A stretch of 60,099 bases of DNA, the filler included, from Catajapyx aquilonaris (Eukaryota): NCBI GenBank assembly GCA_000934665.2. It is 4 parts of 4 records of this genome, joined end to end, with 100 filler letters (N's around TTAATTAATTAA, not from the genome) between each part and the next. Parts side by side here need not be neighbours in the genome. Positions count along the whole stretch, not along the records: positions 30,102 to 45,050 come from JYFJ02007647.1; positions 45,151 to 60,099 come from JYFJ02007648.1; 2 more parts are not named here. The stretch is one strand, 5' to 3'. The position numbers were made by a program, and so were the translations under genes. Below, one piece after another: positions 37,449-49,900 of this stretch (positions are counted from its first letter, which is position 1; every line of letters starts with the position of its first letter). The notes below the pieces were generated by a model. That model was not told the DNA's origin, did not search any database, and saw only the letters and a list, made by a program, of their open reading frames with translations.

Positions 37449-37835
37449 GTATACCCCCCCCCCCCNCCCCCCCGGACAAACCCTGCCATTTTGTGTGAGC
37501 TTAGATATGCTCCCCCACTCAGGGGGTTGCCACGAGCAGCGCAGGGATCAAGAGCCAAGATAGGTGCGCCGCCATTAGCGGCCACTTGTGAACCATATGG
37601 GTCGACTCCGATAGACTGGAGTGGTTAAGGCCTCCTGAGGCCTCCTATACTACCCCAGCCAATTGGAGTCGAGCTGAGTGCTTCAGGAATTGCCCGCTAG
37701 CGGCGGCACACCTATCTTGGCTCTTGATCCCAGCAAGCCAGTGGAAAACCCCCTCCATGGGGCAGCAGAGCTAGGCTCACAGGGGGACCAATGTGGCAAT
37801 GTATAAGGTATAAGAGTGTTCGGGGGGTGGGTATA
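37449..37835. repeat. Degenerate palindromic element
   Basis: GGGATCAAGAGCCAAGATAGGTG / CACCTATCTTGGCTCTTGATCCC, GTGAGCTTAG / CTAGGCTCAC and C-run / G-run ends, centred on AGGCCTCCTGAGGCCT. Confidence 0.7.
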
Positions 37836-38994
37836 CACTACCGGTCAAAAGTATAGCATCACCCCCAAGCAGAGGTTTTTTTATTTCTCAAGCCTAAACT
37901 TACAGTACAAATTGAAAGTGTGAGGCACTGTTGAAAGCGTCGTGAATAACGCTATAAACCAAAAAAGGAATGGTCATTCTAGGTTCAACAGAGGTGCAGA
38001 TATTACCTATTTTGTTTAAATAAAATTCTCGAAAACCTACAGTTTCAACTATAATTTATATTTATGTATTTATTTACCCCGTGATAGGCAGAGCCCTTTT
38101 AGGGGGGAAGGGGAGGTTCCGAAGAGAGGGCGCTGTAATATTATAGTCATTTCTGACTTTTTAAAAAAAATACACCAGACCTTTTCTCCTGGCCCTGGGC
38201 AGAGTAGGGAGTGCAATTCTGCCTCAGCATGTCGGGTGAAAAGCGGTAAAAGACCCGGCCAAGCAGAGGTGACGGGGACAGGATAACTATAAATATTAAT
38301 AAAGTTAATCATCACGAATTCACGCTTTATGATTTTTATTTAGGGCAATAAGTAAATGCCGAACACAAGAAAAATTACCACAATTTTTTTTTTAAAGTAT
38401 CACTCGAACTGGATTTTTTCAAAAATATGCGGCATTTCTTCTTATATGCACCCAAGAATCGACGTATCGTCAACAGCGCATAACTTGAGAACCAATACTC
38501 CTACAGAAATGAGGTTGGACCAGCCGATGTGTTAAGGTTCTCCATATTGGCTGGTCTAAACCTCATTTCTGTAGGAGTATTGGTTCTCAAGTTATGAGCT
38601 GTTGACGATACCTCAATTGTTGGGTGCATATAAGAAGAAATGCCGCAATTTATATAAAAAAAATCCAGTTCGAGGGCAACTTTTTAAAATTTTTGTGGTA
38701 ATTTTTCTTGTGTTCGGCGTTTACTTATTGCCATAAATAAAAATAATAAAGCATGAATTCATGATGATTACCTTTATTTAGTAATATTTATAGTTGAAAA
38801 TGTAGGTTTTCGAGATTTCTTATTTATTTTACCAAATTGGTAATATCTGCGCCTCTGTTGAACCTTTTTAGGTTTGTAGCATTATTCATGACGCTTTTAA
38901 TTGTGCCTCACACTTTCAATTTGTACTGTAAGTTTAGGCTTGAGAAATAAAAAACCTCTGCTTGGGGGTGATGCTAAACTTTTGACCGGTAGTG
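37836..38994. mobile_element. Tc1-like foldback element, almost entirely palindromic, TA TSD
   Basis: TA|CACTACCGGTCAAAAG ... CTTTTGACCGGTAGTG|TA. The arms pair nearly to the centre (~38540). Confidence 0.88.
38056..38293 (-). mobile_element. 5'-truncated retroposon inserted in the left arm of the foldback
   Basis: Absent from the mirror arm and flanked by an AACTATAA duplication. Minus-strand tail CTATCACGGGGTAAATAAAT is shared with the SINE at 58797. Confidence 0.7.
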
Positions 38995-40256
38995 TACAGT
39001 ATAATCACACTGGTTATACATTGCAGGTCACTTTCTTCCTCTTTCCAGGCCAGGTAATGCTTCCCGAGGACATGAAACCAGACCTCATATGCTTTTCGTT
39101 CAACCCAATATTAGAACGGTTACACTTTTTCTTTAATTCCTTGTATAAAACAAGAAGTCCTCTCCCACTGAGAGAAGAGAAAGCAAGTCATCAGCAGGAC
39201 ATTGTATCCTGGCAGGTATGTGGTGATGCACATAGGTTTCACCAGTGATTCTCAATTTAAACTGAGATCTCATTAGATGCAGGCAGTAACTAAGCCAGGC
39301 TGTAGGGTATTGTAATGTGTTATCAAAATAGGAGATGACATATTGCACAATTTGGTCAATGTTAACTGCTTCTGGACAGTGGCACATATTAAGATGTGAC
39401 AAGGAGCAGTTGTCGAGATTCCAGAGTTTGCTCCCATAAAAATTCATGGTTTCTCTGTGGATTTTTCTTGCATCTCATTTTAACAACTCATATTTTGCTA
39501 GTTAAGTTACAAAAAGTGGTAATAAAAGGCCTCTAATGTCAGCATTTTTGTCCTTCAAAAACAGAAATTCCACAAAAAATGCTGTTGATCGTAACCTCTC
39601 AATTTCTGTATGGAAGTATTCCCCAAAACTTCTTCAAGTCCCATCCTAAAATTAACTATATGGTACTATTTTAAGTTTTAAAATAATTTGCGCGTAAGTA
39701 ACTTTGCAGTTAGAGGGAAATGTTCCCTGGAAGACCGAGCACAGCCCCTTGGCCATCCACCTCGGAGCACCCCGAAATGCCACTCACAAAAAAACTGCCA
39801 GTCGAGGTTTGTTTCATAGCTTTTGGCAAGGATCCTGGAGTTTTCCCAGTCTCATTAAGACCTGTTTATACAATGCCATTCTTACATAGTTGCTGCAGCC
39901 ATATATGAATCTGTGTTCTTTGTTGAGGTGAACAACACTGGCTTACATCTTCAACATTGAAAAGTGCTGATTCACAGATAGCTGTGGCAGATACATAAGA
40001 CTGGTCTAGTGTAACAAGTTTTTACACATATTCAGTCCAACTACCAGTCATACTATTGCATTACTGCATTATTGCATTCGCTGATATGTTTGAGCCCACA
40101 GTGACAGAATTGTGGCTGACACTGCCATCATAGCCATGTACACCTTCCCAAGATGTCAGCTTTGAGAGGACCCTTGTCACAACGCAACATTCCAGCACAC
40201 TGTTTTACTGATCCTCCCCCCCAAAAAAATAAATTGGTAAAAGGGAACAAAACATA

Positions 40257-40913
40257 CACTGTACTCCCGATTATCCATGTTGTGGATTATCCGTGCATCA
40301 CCAAAAAGAGCACCAGAATATTTAGTCCAAAAGAATGTCAATATGTCTACTCTTGCAAACAAAGAAATATAACACTTTTTCCAGAAGACAAACTAAAAAT
40401 CTATGGTAAGTTTTATTATTTTGATTAAACCTTATTTAAAGCAGCATACACGATGTACAGTAGTTCATTAAAAACCTTTGAATAGCTCATTTTTATGGTG
40501 TCGGACTATTTTTGGATTAACCGTGTTTTCCAGTTATCCAGGCACACCTGTGCATTCATTAGCATGGATAATTTGGTGTACGGTGTAGGTAACTCAACCT
40601 TACTCCCGATTATCCAGGCTAATGAATGCATGGGTGTGATAATCAGAAGACACAGATAATACAAAAATGGTCCTAGACATCGTGAAATGAGCTCTTCAGA
40701 GGTTTTTAATGACCTGCAGTACATATTGTAGGCTGATTTATATAAGGTTTAATAAAAACAATAAAACTTACCATAGATTTTCAGTTTGTCTTCCGGAACA
40801 AGTCTTATATTTCTTTGTTTGCAAGACATATTGACATTCTTTTGGACTTTCATTTATACCCCTCTTTTTAGCGATGCACGGCTAATAATCCACATGGATT
40901 ATAGGGAGTCTAC
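40257..40913. mobile_element. MITE with ~175-bp inverted arms
   Basis: 40257-40435 pairs with 40743-40913 (e.g. GTCCAAAAGAATGTCAATATGTCT / AGACATATTGACATTCTTTTGGAC). Confidence 0.8.
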
Positions 40914-41741
40914 AAGGTATCCCAGAAATGAGGAGCAGAAACCATAATTATGACACCTCTACAAAAAATGACCCTTGTCTCACAGAAACTCCTTGTAGAA
41001 AGTGGTCTGTATCATTTAAAAACCCTGTTCATACATTCCCTTTGGGATGTATTTCATTTTGAATGTTTGAATAGACTGAAAATGTTGGATTTTTCATTTA
41101 GTAAGTACCAGCAGTAATCCCATGCTTCACCCAGGCTTACATCACCTGTTACATTCTTCACAGGTTTTCTATTGAATCAAAAGGTTTCCTATGGTCACAC
41201 CCCATGCTGGACTGCTTCCTGTGGCTATTCCATCCTACAGAAAGAACAAGACACAAGCAGTCCTGAAAAGCCAAGCTAATGGCTCATTATGGAAAAATGA
41301 CAAAATGGCTCTTTACAATTGACTCCAGGTTCACCCCTGGGCAGCACTGCCTTACCACCAGTCCACCTACCCCTGTTGCCAGTGCTCATCCCATCCCGGC
41401 CAATCTTCCTTTCTCCCTCCGCTATCCCTGACCTTGCTCTGGTCCCATATTCTTCCTACTCAAACCCATCTGCCCAAGGCACATTCATTGTATCCACTCT
41501 CACCCAGCCTGCCACTGGGTAAGTCCCTTGATCATCATCTCCACTTTTGTCCCTACATTATTGGGCCTCTCTGGATGACCCCATGGGATGGGTGGACAAC
41601 CCCTAATCCATCTCTGGCACTTGCCCAAGGGCAATACAGATACTAAGGGGGCTGCTGGCACACATGTATAACTAACTGTTCCATTGCCACCTCAAGGGGC
41701 CATTATTTTTCAGACAGCCCTCCTCAAGGGGGTAACAACTA

Positions 41742-41921
41742 ATGTGGAACCGGTGTACAAGGTCCCTGTGGAACTGGCCTGGAACCGGTTTTGAACCGGT
41801 CTGGAACAGGCGTGGAACCGGGTTTTCCCAGTTCCAAACTGGTTCCAGGCTGCTGGAACTGGCTTGGAACTAAGTAGAACCAGGCGGTTCCAGGAACTGG
41901 TGTACACTTTTTTGGGGAGTG
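41742..41921. repeat. CACTA-like element end with GGAAC(C/T)GG subterminal repeats
   Basis: Roughly a dozen GGAACYGG motifs in both orientations, ending TGTACACTTTTTTGGGGAGTG (reverse: CACTCCCCAAAAAA). A similar end occurs at ~29960-29982. Confidence 0.55.
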
Positions 41922-42608
41922 GTTAACCCCTTGGCCCTCCTTGATATGTATCCATATTATCTTCCACAATATATTGATATTCCTGGATGACATCACCTCC
42001 TCAATGTCCTGTGATTGGCTACATGATGTCCCTAATTAATACTGCCATTTATGTGTGAGAGAAAAAGATTACCCATTAGGTAGAATAACAATTGTTACCA
42101 TCATTGTAGATGCCATGCACCTGGGAAATCTCACAATGTGGAATCAAGATGTGTGGAATCAAGATGTATGGAATAAATAGCTCAGCACCCTACAGATTGC
42201 ACACAATCACAGGCACTGGCTACACTGGAGGGACACATGTTTTGAAATGTCTCATGAAATGAACTAAAATTTATTGATAGTTATATTAGCAATTTTTTTC
42301 CTACACAAATGGTAGGGATATTTTGTCCAATTTTTACAGTAGTCTTAGGTGTGCTATCTATTTCCTGCATATTTTGAGCCAATTAACAGACAAACAAGTA
42401 ATGGGAGAGTACTCTACATATACGTAGGTGTCCTTTTGGAAAAACTTCATTCATATGTAATATACGAGCTTCTCTCCTGGAGGGAACAATAATTTGTTGG
42501 AAAGACTGTGATACATTCTCAAAAGTGAACCACAATTGTGGGAAGTATTTGGAATCCAGATGACTTCTGCAACACATACCATAATTTACCCTTGACAATC
42601 CTTGCCTT

Positions 42609-42893
42609 CTAAGAGGTCTTCCCTAAACCATAACGTATTTCATTTTCAAACTGGGCAGCTGTTAGGGTGCCATCAATCACTTCAAAGTCAGGGTTGAACA
42701 CAGAGTAAGCACTAGGTTCTCCAGAGCGTCGTCTTGATTTCTTCATGTTCAGAAACATCACTCCAAAGAGAGTCAAGATCACAAAAACTGCACCAAATTC
42801 AGCTTGAATGGCAAGGACGAAAAAGAACAGCCATAGTCCAACTTTCAGTACTAATTTCATGTAATAATCCATGGTATGAGATTCTTGAATATC
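42609..42893 (-). CDS. SAYSD1: SAYSvFN domain-containing protein 1, last coding exon
   Basis: WLFFFVLAIQAEFGAVFVILTLFGVMFLNM..RRSGEPSAYSVFNPDFEVIDGTLTAAQFENEIRYG. Acceptor CTTCTTGCAG, stop TAG. Upstream exon not identified. Confidence 0.93.
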   Translation of the reverse strand, partial: DIQESHTMDYYMKLVLKVGLWLFFFVLAIQAEFGAVFVILTLFGVMFLNMKKSRRRSGEPSAYSVFNPDFEVIDGTLTAAQFENEIRYGLGKTS

Positions 42894-42946
42894 CTGCAAG
42901 AAGAAAGGAAGGCAATGAAAATTACCAGGTCAGCAGGTGTTTTGTT

Positions 42947-43108
42947 CAGTGTTGGACATTAATCGAGGCATACTCTTAGCGACATTTTCCGAAGCGGCAG
43001 AAGAAGGAATCTTGCTAGCCCGGCTTGAAGTATCCTTATCTTCGATTCCTTTTTCTGCTGCTTCGGAAAATGTCGCTAGCAGTATGCCTCGATTAATGTC
43101 CAACACTG
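42947..43108. mobile_element. 162-nt hairpin MITE in the SAYSD1 intron
   Basis: CAGTGTTGGACATTAATCGAGGCATACT..GGAATC / GATTCC..AGTATGCCTCGATTAATGTCCAACACTG, a stem of about 63 bp. Confidence 0.85.
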
Positions 43109-44068
43109 TTCCTGGGGAATAACCATATTTTCCTCATTGCTTATATCACAAAAGTACAGAAAGTAGTTATCATTCACTTATAATTTGGGTCTACGGCCAG
43201 GATATGGCTATTTTGAAAATTGCCCCTACATTAAGAGAAAGTAAATGATTTGCTTTATTCTTGACTGCGAAACATCATAAACAACTCCAAATGACTCGTA
43301 TATACACCACAAGAAATTTTAAACATTTAGAAGAGGTTCATTCTTCAAGATTTTCGATTATATTCTAAGTCACAAATTCAGCTCACTTCTGTATCAATAC
43401 AAATCTGACACTTTCACTCTCCTCTACTGTCTAACTTTTCAATGTGGTTATGTGATACTGCATATACAGTACAACATGAAAGCTCATGGGGAGCCTTTCG
43501 TACCTTGGAAAGAACTCTCATGTTACGTAACACCAGAGCTATTATGTTCTGACTGAAAACCCATAATTGCAGGCTGCCAATGCAGGGGGCAATGCAATTT
43601 AAAGCCTTCATTAAATGTATCTGTTGACTATGGCTACCCCTTACACACAACAAATTAAAATACTGCACATAATAAAGGGGTCGGTGCAATGCACACTTCC
43701 ATATACTACAGTGTAGTATATGGAAGTGTGCTTAACTACACTCATGTATCTAATAAAGCCCATTGAAATTGTGCAGTTTCTGCCATCGGTCACTGAGAAA
43801 TCAAATGAAAAAAGTCACATGGTATATGGGATGAATATGGCCTCTCAAATTTTCAACTGCAGTTTTCTCAAAATCAGGTTTGGGAGGGTTACGCCAGTAT
43901 TGCACCGACCCCTTTCTCTCAGCTTACAGCAGTTTAAAACATGTACTTTAATACATGGATGCTTGGAATACCCTATACCAAGTATCCACGTATTTTTTGT
44001 TACAGGAAATTCTGCCCAAACCTTTAATTTTTGTGGAGCGTGTTGCACCCCAATTGAGGTGCCCTATT

Positions 44069-44461
44069 ATAATTGAATCGAGCAAAAGAAGAACAGCACA
44101 AGTCCATTTTTTGCGAAAATGAGATTATCATGGGATGTGGTAGTCCTTGTCCATGTGCATCGTTTGATGGAGAAGAAACACATGTCACTTGCATGAGTAA
44201 GGCAGGAGAACGGGACAAAGTTTGTATGTGTGCTGGAAGAACAGCACATATCCCCGGATTTGTGCTGTTTTTCCGTCTCATTTCCTGGTGGCGCCATCTA
44301 CCTCATGGCATCTACCTCATGGCACAGGTTACAGTTGGGAGGTTTGACAGGATGATGAACTGTCAGTCGTGAACGGTAAGCTCTGTAATCAGTTTTTTGT
44401 CTCTCCTGAAAAAGTTGCATTTTGTGACATGTGCTGTTCTTCTTTTGCTCGATTCAATTAT
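44069..44461. mobile_element. MITE with ~32-bp TIRs
   Basis: ATAATTGAATCGAGCAAAAGAAGAACAGCACA / TGTGCTGTTCTTCTTTTGCTCGATTCAATTAT. Confidence 0.75.
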
Positions 44462-44754
44462 GGCTAATTCCATGGGTAATTCCACGGGAACAGCGGCATG
44501 ATCCAAAAATGAAGTTGTGTATTGTGGGGTGGTAGATGACTTATTGAAAGCAGATCATTATGCCAGATGAAGTAGGTGTAGCAAAGTTCTGCTACATCAG
44601 ATAGCAGCAGAGTCATGGAATAGTCAAGATATAGTGGAAAATTGCGTCAGTTACGTTAATTTCTCCTGAAAACATGAACATGAACAGCCGTGGCCTAAAA
44701 TAATCACAAAATTGCTGCTAGAGTACGGTATACATACATGGGTCTGAGCAAGGA

Positions 44755-45050
44755 CCTCATTTTGTTTGTCCCTGCGATGCGTGGTTGCATTACTACAGGG
44801 TGCGAAAGATGGGGATTTTTGCGATTTTTGGGTCCGTCCGCCATCACTTGGAGGGCCATAACTTCGGAGGATTTTAACATATCCGAAATATGATTACTGG
44901 AATGGGAAGCTATTTTAGCACCCTTTCAGATGAAAGGAATCCTGTTTGTGAAAATTCAAAATTTCTAATTAAAGATGGCGCCCAAAAGTTTCATTTTCAT
45001 TTTCCTCAGAAATCGACCGGTTTTAAAAATTTTGAATTGCGCTTAAAATG
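44755..45050 (+). repeat. Dispersed repeat at contig end (also 59913-60035)
   Basis: CCTCATTTTGTTTG..CTGCGATGCGTGGTTGCAT.ACTACAGGGTGCGAAAGA..GGAGGGCCAT.ACTTCGGA is shared between two contig ends. Confidence 0.8.
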
Positions 45051-45150
45051 NNNNNNNNNNNNNNNNNNNNNNNNNNNNNNNNNNNNNNNNNNNNTTAATT
45101 AATTAANNNNNNNNNNNNNNNNNNNNNNNNNNNNNNNNNNNNNNNNNNNN
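45051..45150. other. Artificial contig linker
   Basis: N44-TTAATTAATTAA-N44. Confidence 0.98.
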
Positions 45151-45599
45151 AACCCTGAGAAGAGGTTGAAATTGACTTCTGTCCTTTTATTCTTGCTAAT
45201 TATTATCATCTCACTTCAATCAGGCAGGAACAGTGAGCTATAACTCGCCTGCTACGACCGGCTACCTTGTGACCTGTGAGGGAAAGACCTGTACACCGTA
45301 CCATTCATTGACTGCTTGGTTAGTCCCATAACAAAGTAGGCTACTATAGGGAGCGGGACAGGCACTTGCTTACCCGCGGCAGTAACTGACGTAACATTTC
45401 GACTCGAGTGCCAAAAAGTGTTACAGAATGGCCTATGCTGGTATAGATATGTAGAGTTAGAAGGAAAAGGAAAATCTAACAAGTTTTCTGTCGGTTGTTT
45501 GCGAGAGTCAAGAAATTATACCTGGTAGACATAAGAAAGGGAGTAAAAGAGAAAGACACGAAGAAAAACACGAAAAAGACGAAAGAAAAGGGGGAGGGG

Positions 45600-45732
45600 G
45601 AAGAAAAAAAAAATCGAAAATGGAAACGGGTCTCCGACGAGGCTCGAACCTACGAACCTACGACCCTTTGATCTTCTAAGACCCGTGCTTTTATCGGTAA
45701 ACAGCAGCGTTACCAACTGGGCCAGTAGGGCC
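45600..45732 (-). mobile_element. tRNA-derived SINE head / tRNA pseudogene
   Basis: Minus strand has A box TGGCCCAGTTGG and B box GGTTCGAGCC (with a duplicated GTAGGTTC), then T-runs. No intact cloverleaf. Confidence 0.65.
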
Positions 45733-46173
45733 ACTCGACCTAGACTTGTTTATTACGTTCCAATTCGCCAATTATCCCCGTCGCCTTTGTTACGGGGCTA
45801 CTTGTAATTGCTAATTACTCGACAATGCTTGAGTAGTGACGGTTGTCACTTTCACATATTCATACCTGGCCTACAATTGACCAGCCCTGTAATTTTGGGT
45901 CCGATCGGTGACATGTTGGTGCGGATCATTCCCTTGTTAGTCAAATTTGTATGTGCACCATCAAGATCCACACACACAAAGCGACGCACCTCCATGTCCT
46001 TTATGACATGCGACAGAGCTGTCCCCAAATCACGACACCTGGTAGATTACTTTTCAACTGTTCGGCATATTGAAGATTTGTCGTTGCCCAAAAGATAACA
46101 TTTTTGGCACGCGAACTGCGGTATATTGCACATGAGTTTGAAAAAAAGAACTTTTGCACGGGATCTTTCATTT

Positions 46174-47531
46174 GAGGGGTCTCACAAGGGAAGTGTAAGT
46201 GATGTCCGTGGAGTTTCTGAATGAAACTTGGCACAATAATATAGGCAGGTAAGTATTAAAGAAAATGCAAACAATTTAGGCGGATGCCCAGAAGGTCAAA
46301 AGTTATGACCTCTCGAACTCACAAGGGACACTTGCCAAGGTCTCACCATTTTTCTTGAAATTCGGTACATTGGTAGGCCACCCCAAGGGATGAAAAACGC
46401 ACCTAAAGTGACCTGCTCAAAATGACCCGGTGACCCCCTTTTGGGGGCAGAGGTCAACTCTTAAATGCCGAAAACTCACCCATTATCTTGAAATTCTGTG
46501 CATTGGTAGCCCCAAAAAAGGGGTCACCGGGTCATTTTGAGCAGGTCACTTTAGGTGCGTTTGTCATCCCTTACGGGCGAAGTTTCAGATGTCGCACTCA
46601 AAAACGTAGACATTTTATTGCATCACTCGAAAGGGATAATTACTCTGATTACAACGAGCTATATTGCTAGATCGCAGCGATATTTGAAAAAGTCGCTTCT
46701 GAATTTGCTCGGGGGGGGGGNGGGGAAATACAGAATTTTTTTTTTCTCAAATTACGTGCCCGATTGGCGTCAAATCCAGCTTATAGCTCTTGGAAAATTC
46801 AGAAGATCAAGTTCCCTCATTTGTCGTAAGCCGGAAGCATAAACCACCTGCAGATGAAATGAAGCATCGTACATTAGCACTTACAACAGTTTGTAACAAT
46901 GTGTTCCAATCATGTCCGTACAACGATCACATCTTACGTATAATATGACAGTGTGGGATACCAATGCACCGATTTTCAAGAAAATGGGTGAGTTTTCGGC
47001 ATTTAATAGTTAACCTCTGCCCCCCCCCCCAAAGAGGGATCACCGGGTCATTTTGAGCAGGTCACTTTAGGTGCGTTTTTCATCTCTTGGGGTGGCATAC
47101 CAGTGTACCGAATTTCAAGAAAATCGGCGAGACCTTGGAAAGTGTCCCTTGTGAGTTCGAGAGGTCATAACTTTTGACCTTGTGGGAATTCGCCTAAATT
47201 GTTTGCATTTTCTTTAATAACTTACCTGCCTATATTATTGTGCCAAGTTTCATTCAGAAACTCCACGGACAACACTTACACTTCCCTTGTCAGATCAAAG
47301 TCGGCTAAGTCCATTTTTTGGGGGTGTAACACAAATACGTCCAGCAATAATGTATTTGAATGTCATTGGGTATATTAATTGCACATTTGCGTATGTAGCT
47401 GAGCCGTGGCAACATATGGACGCAAAAAGTTTCAAGATTGTACCAGTGAAAGTTAAGTAATCGGCAGTTTTTTCTCATTTTACTACCCGTTTTTTTTGGA
47501 GGACTTAGCCGCCTTTGATCTGAGACCCCTC
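46174..47531. mobile_element. Sola2-like non-autonomous element with ~340-bp TIRs
   Basis: ATTT|GAGGGGTCTCACAAGGG ... GAGACCCCTC|ATTT: GAG termini and a 4-bp AT-rich TSD. Arms 46174-46510 and 46960-47290. Confidence 0.75.
47293..47520. mobile_element. Nested MITE interrupting the Sola-like right TIR
   Basis: GATCAAAGTCGGCTAAGTCC / GGACTTAGCCGCCTTTGATC, flanked by TCA/TGA (possible 3-bp TSD). Confidence 0.7.
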
Positions 47532-49139
47532 ATTTGCGAATTTGTCTAACAAAGGACTGCAGGAGGCAACGCGACGTTTCATGTCTGCATTTGATATTTC
47601 ATTCACAAACATGTGGTCTCTCATTGTTGACCTGGGTATTTGAAGTTCAGCAGCTCATTTATGAGTTGATTTCGTAGGGTTCAATGGAATCGGAAATAGC
47701 AGCAAGTTTCAAATCTTCTTGGCTTTAGTCCACTTCACGGCATATATTTTATAATCTAAACGCACGTTTTTCCCAAGCAGGTAATATTGTAGCTTTTCGT
47801 GGTGGAGACTTCTTAAACTTTTGAGGCCTACGTGCATCATATGATGATCTGCGAGTTTTTGATCTGGGCAGGCTAGAGTTTAGACAGAAATGCGGCAGTT
47901 TCAGGGTCAAACTGCTCCTACCACCTCGTGGAAGGGGGCTCAACTACCATGGTGTATTCTAATAACTGAAGTTTTTCTGCCTCCCAGCGTGACCTTAACA
48001 TACCCCCTCCCACGGCGTCAGAGTAGGGTGTGCCGTAAGTCTGGACTCTTTGGAGTTTCTGATAGTACAGTGTTTTAGTATTATTTTGTAACCATAGTAA
48101 CAATTTTACAGTGACTTTAAAAATTTAAATTAATTCAATTGCATTTAAAGTTAATTGCACTTTAAAATTTTCTGGAACCCCCTGTAGATGCATTTTTTTC
48201 GGCATTTTACATTCAAAAGACCCGACCACGAGTTAAAATGATAAATATTGGAGCATATTGTTTTTCATTAATTGGGAAGACCCGTAGAAGTGGCTGACAC
48301 CTGGCGGCTGTCTCGGAAGCTCATTCATGGCGGACAAGGGGGGTTGCTCTCCTAGTCCAGCCATGCGTGGGAACGAGGAAAAAGGGAGTAAAGTGGTGAC
48401 AAGTGACAAATTATGTTACGTGGTGGGATGAAACTCGAAGTTCTTATGTATCAGTAGCCTGCCACCTGCTGCCACTCATAGCTAGAATGGTATGACTCGA
48501 TATATGGGAGAAATGTTTATCCTGTTCCCAACCCCTGGACCACCTGCATGTTTATAAAGTGTCTCAAGGAAGTCGGGGGAAGGGGAATCAAAATAAGGTA
48601 AAAAAATATTAGAAAAAAACAAGTCAAAGTGGGAAAATGTTAGGGAGAAAATTCACATGAAATCTACGTAAAGCATTGTATAGTGCGGAAAACCAAACGA
48701 CGATCTGACGTCATCGTTTCTTACATTGTTGCTTTTTTGTTGACACTGTTTACTCATATTGTTCTGTCTCCTGTGAGGATATTTCCGTGGAAACCTTGAC
48801 GTCAGCTCGTTGTTTAGTTTACCGTTGAACATTTTGGTACCGTAATTAAAAAATTTATTTAAAATTCGGGATGGGTCATACGAGTAACCAGAGATCCAGA
48901 AAAGGTTATCCTTAGGGTCACGTCGAAATAAGGTAGGGAAAACTGCTGGGCATTGTGGATGAGCATTTCGTCCATAGAGTCATGCCATTCTTTATGAGCG
49001 GGACTGCTATTTGTGGACGTCGCGACGTCCATAAGTATCAGTCGTTGCGTCACGTCGTCCAAAGACAAAGCCCCACTTTTTGTCGAGAAATTAGCTATTA
49101 AATTACCCAGCAGAATTACTCGTAGGAATTTATTTTACT

Positions 49140-49900
49140 TATGGACATTGTCAGGACAATCGAAATCTCCTCTCAACGTTGGCGACACTGTTATGTCACC
49201 CTTTTCCGAATCCTAGTTTGCCCGTAATTAATTCTCAAAGATCACCCTGCATTTTGAACTCATACGGTTACAGTCGGCCAGACCTCTCTCGTCCAGAGAT
49301 TTCTAGGGATATTCTCTATTTAATTCTTCCGTAAAATAACCAGTGGGCATTTATAGCAAATACGGTCGTCGTTGGAACATTTGAAATCTCCTCTCAACGA
49401 CGAGGGCACTGTCACACACATACAACCCCTAGTTTTGCCGCAATTAATTCCCAACGGTCACTCTGCATTCTGGACCCAGACGCGGTTACAGTCAAGCAGA
49501 CCTCTTTTGTCCAGCGGTTTTTGTCGTGATATAAGCTATTTAATTCCCCCGTAAATTAGCCGCCCGGTCTGTAATACTAAATTGGACGTCGTCGGGACAG
49601 TCGAAATCTCCTCTCGACGACGGAAGCATTGTCACCCTCTTCCGATCTCTAGTTTGGACACAATTAATTCCCAAAGGTCAACATGCACCCCTGGACCCAT
49701 ACGGTTACAGCAGCCTGCCAGCTGCCGAGATATTTCCTGTTTAATTCCCCCGTAAAATAACCCGTAGATATTTATTTAATTGCGGACGTCGTCGGAACAA
49801 TCGAAATCTCCTCTCGATGACGGGAGCATTGTCACCCTCCTCCAACCTCTAGTTTGGCCGCAATTAATTCCCAAATGTCACCATGCACGTCTGGACCCAC
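49140..49900. repeat. Diverged tandem array, ~200-225-bp unit, about 4 copies
   Basis: Recurring GAAATCTCCTCTC..TGTCAC..CTAGTTT..AATTAATTC.CAA..GGTTACAG; units start near 49142, 49363, 49583 and 49784. Confidence 0.85.

Noticed and set aside
45151..45185. Hammerhead-like CTGA.GA..GAAA motif at contig start
   Set aside because: Core imperfect, stems not demonstrable, and truncated by the contig edge.
45600..45732. Functional tRNA gene
   Set aside because: A and B boxes are present, but acceptor and anticodon stems do not form and the B box is partly duplicated. Treated as SINE or pseudogene, as is 59085-59161.
49140..49900. Possible CRISPR-like array
   Set aside because: Units are ~210 bp and homologous throughout, with no unique spacers, no cas genes and a eukaryotic context.
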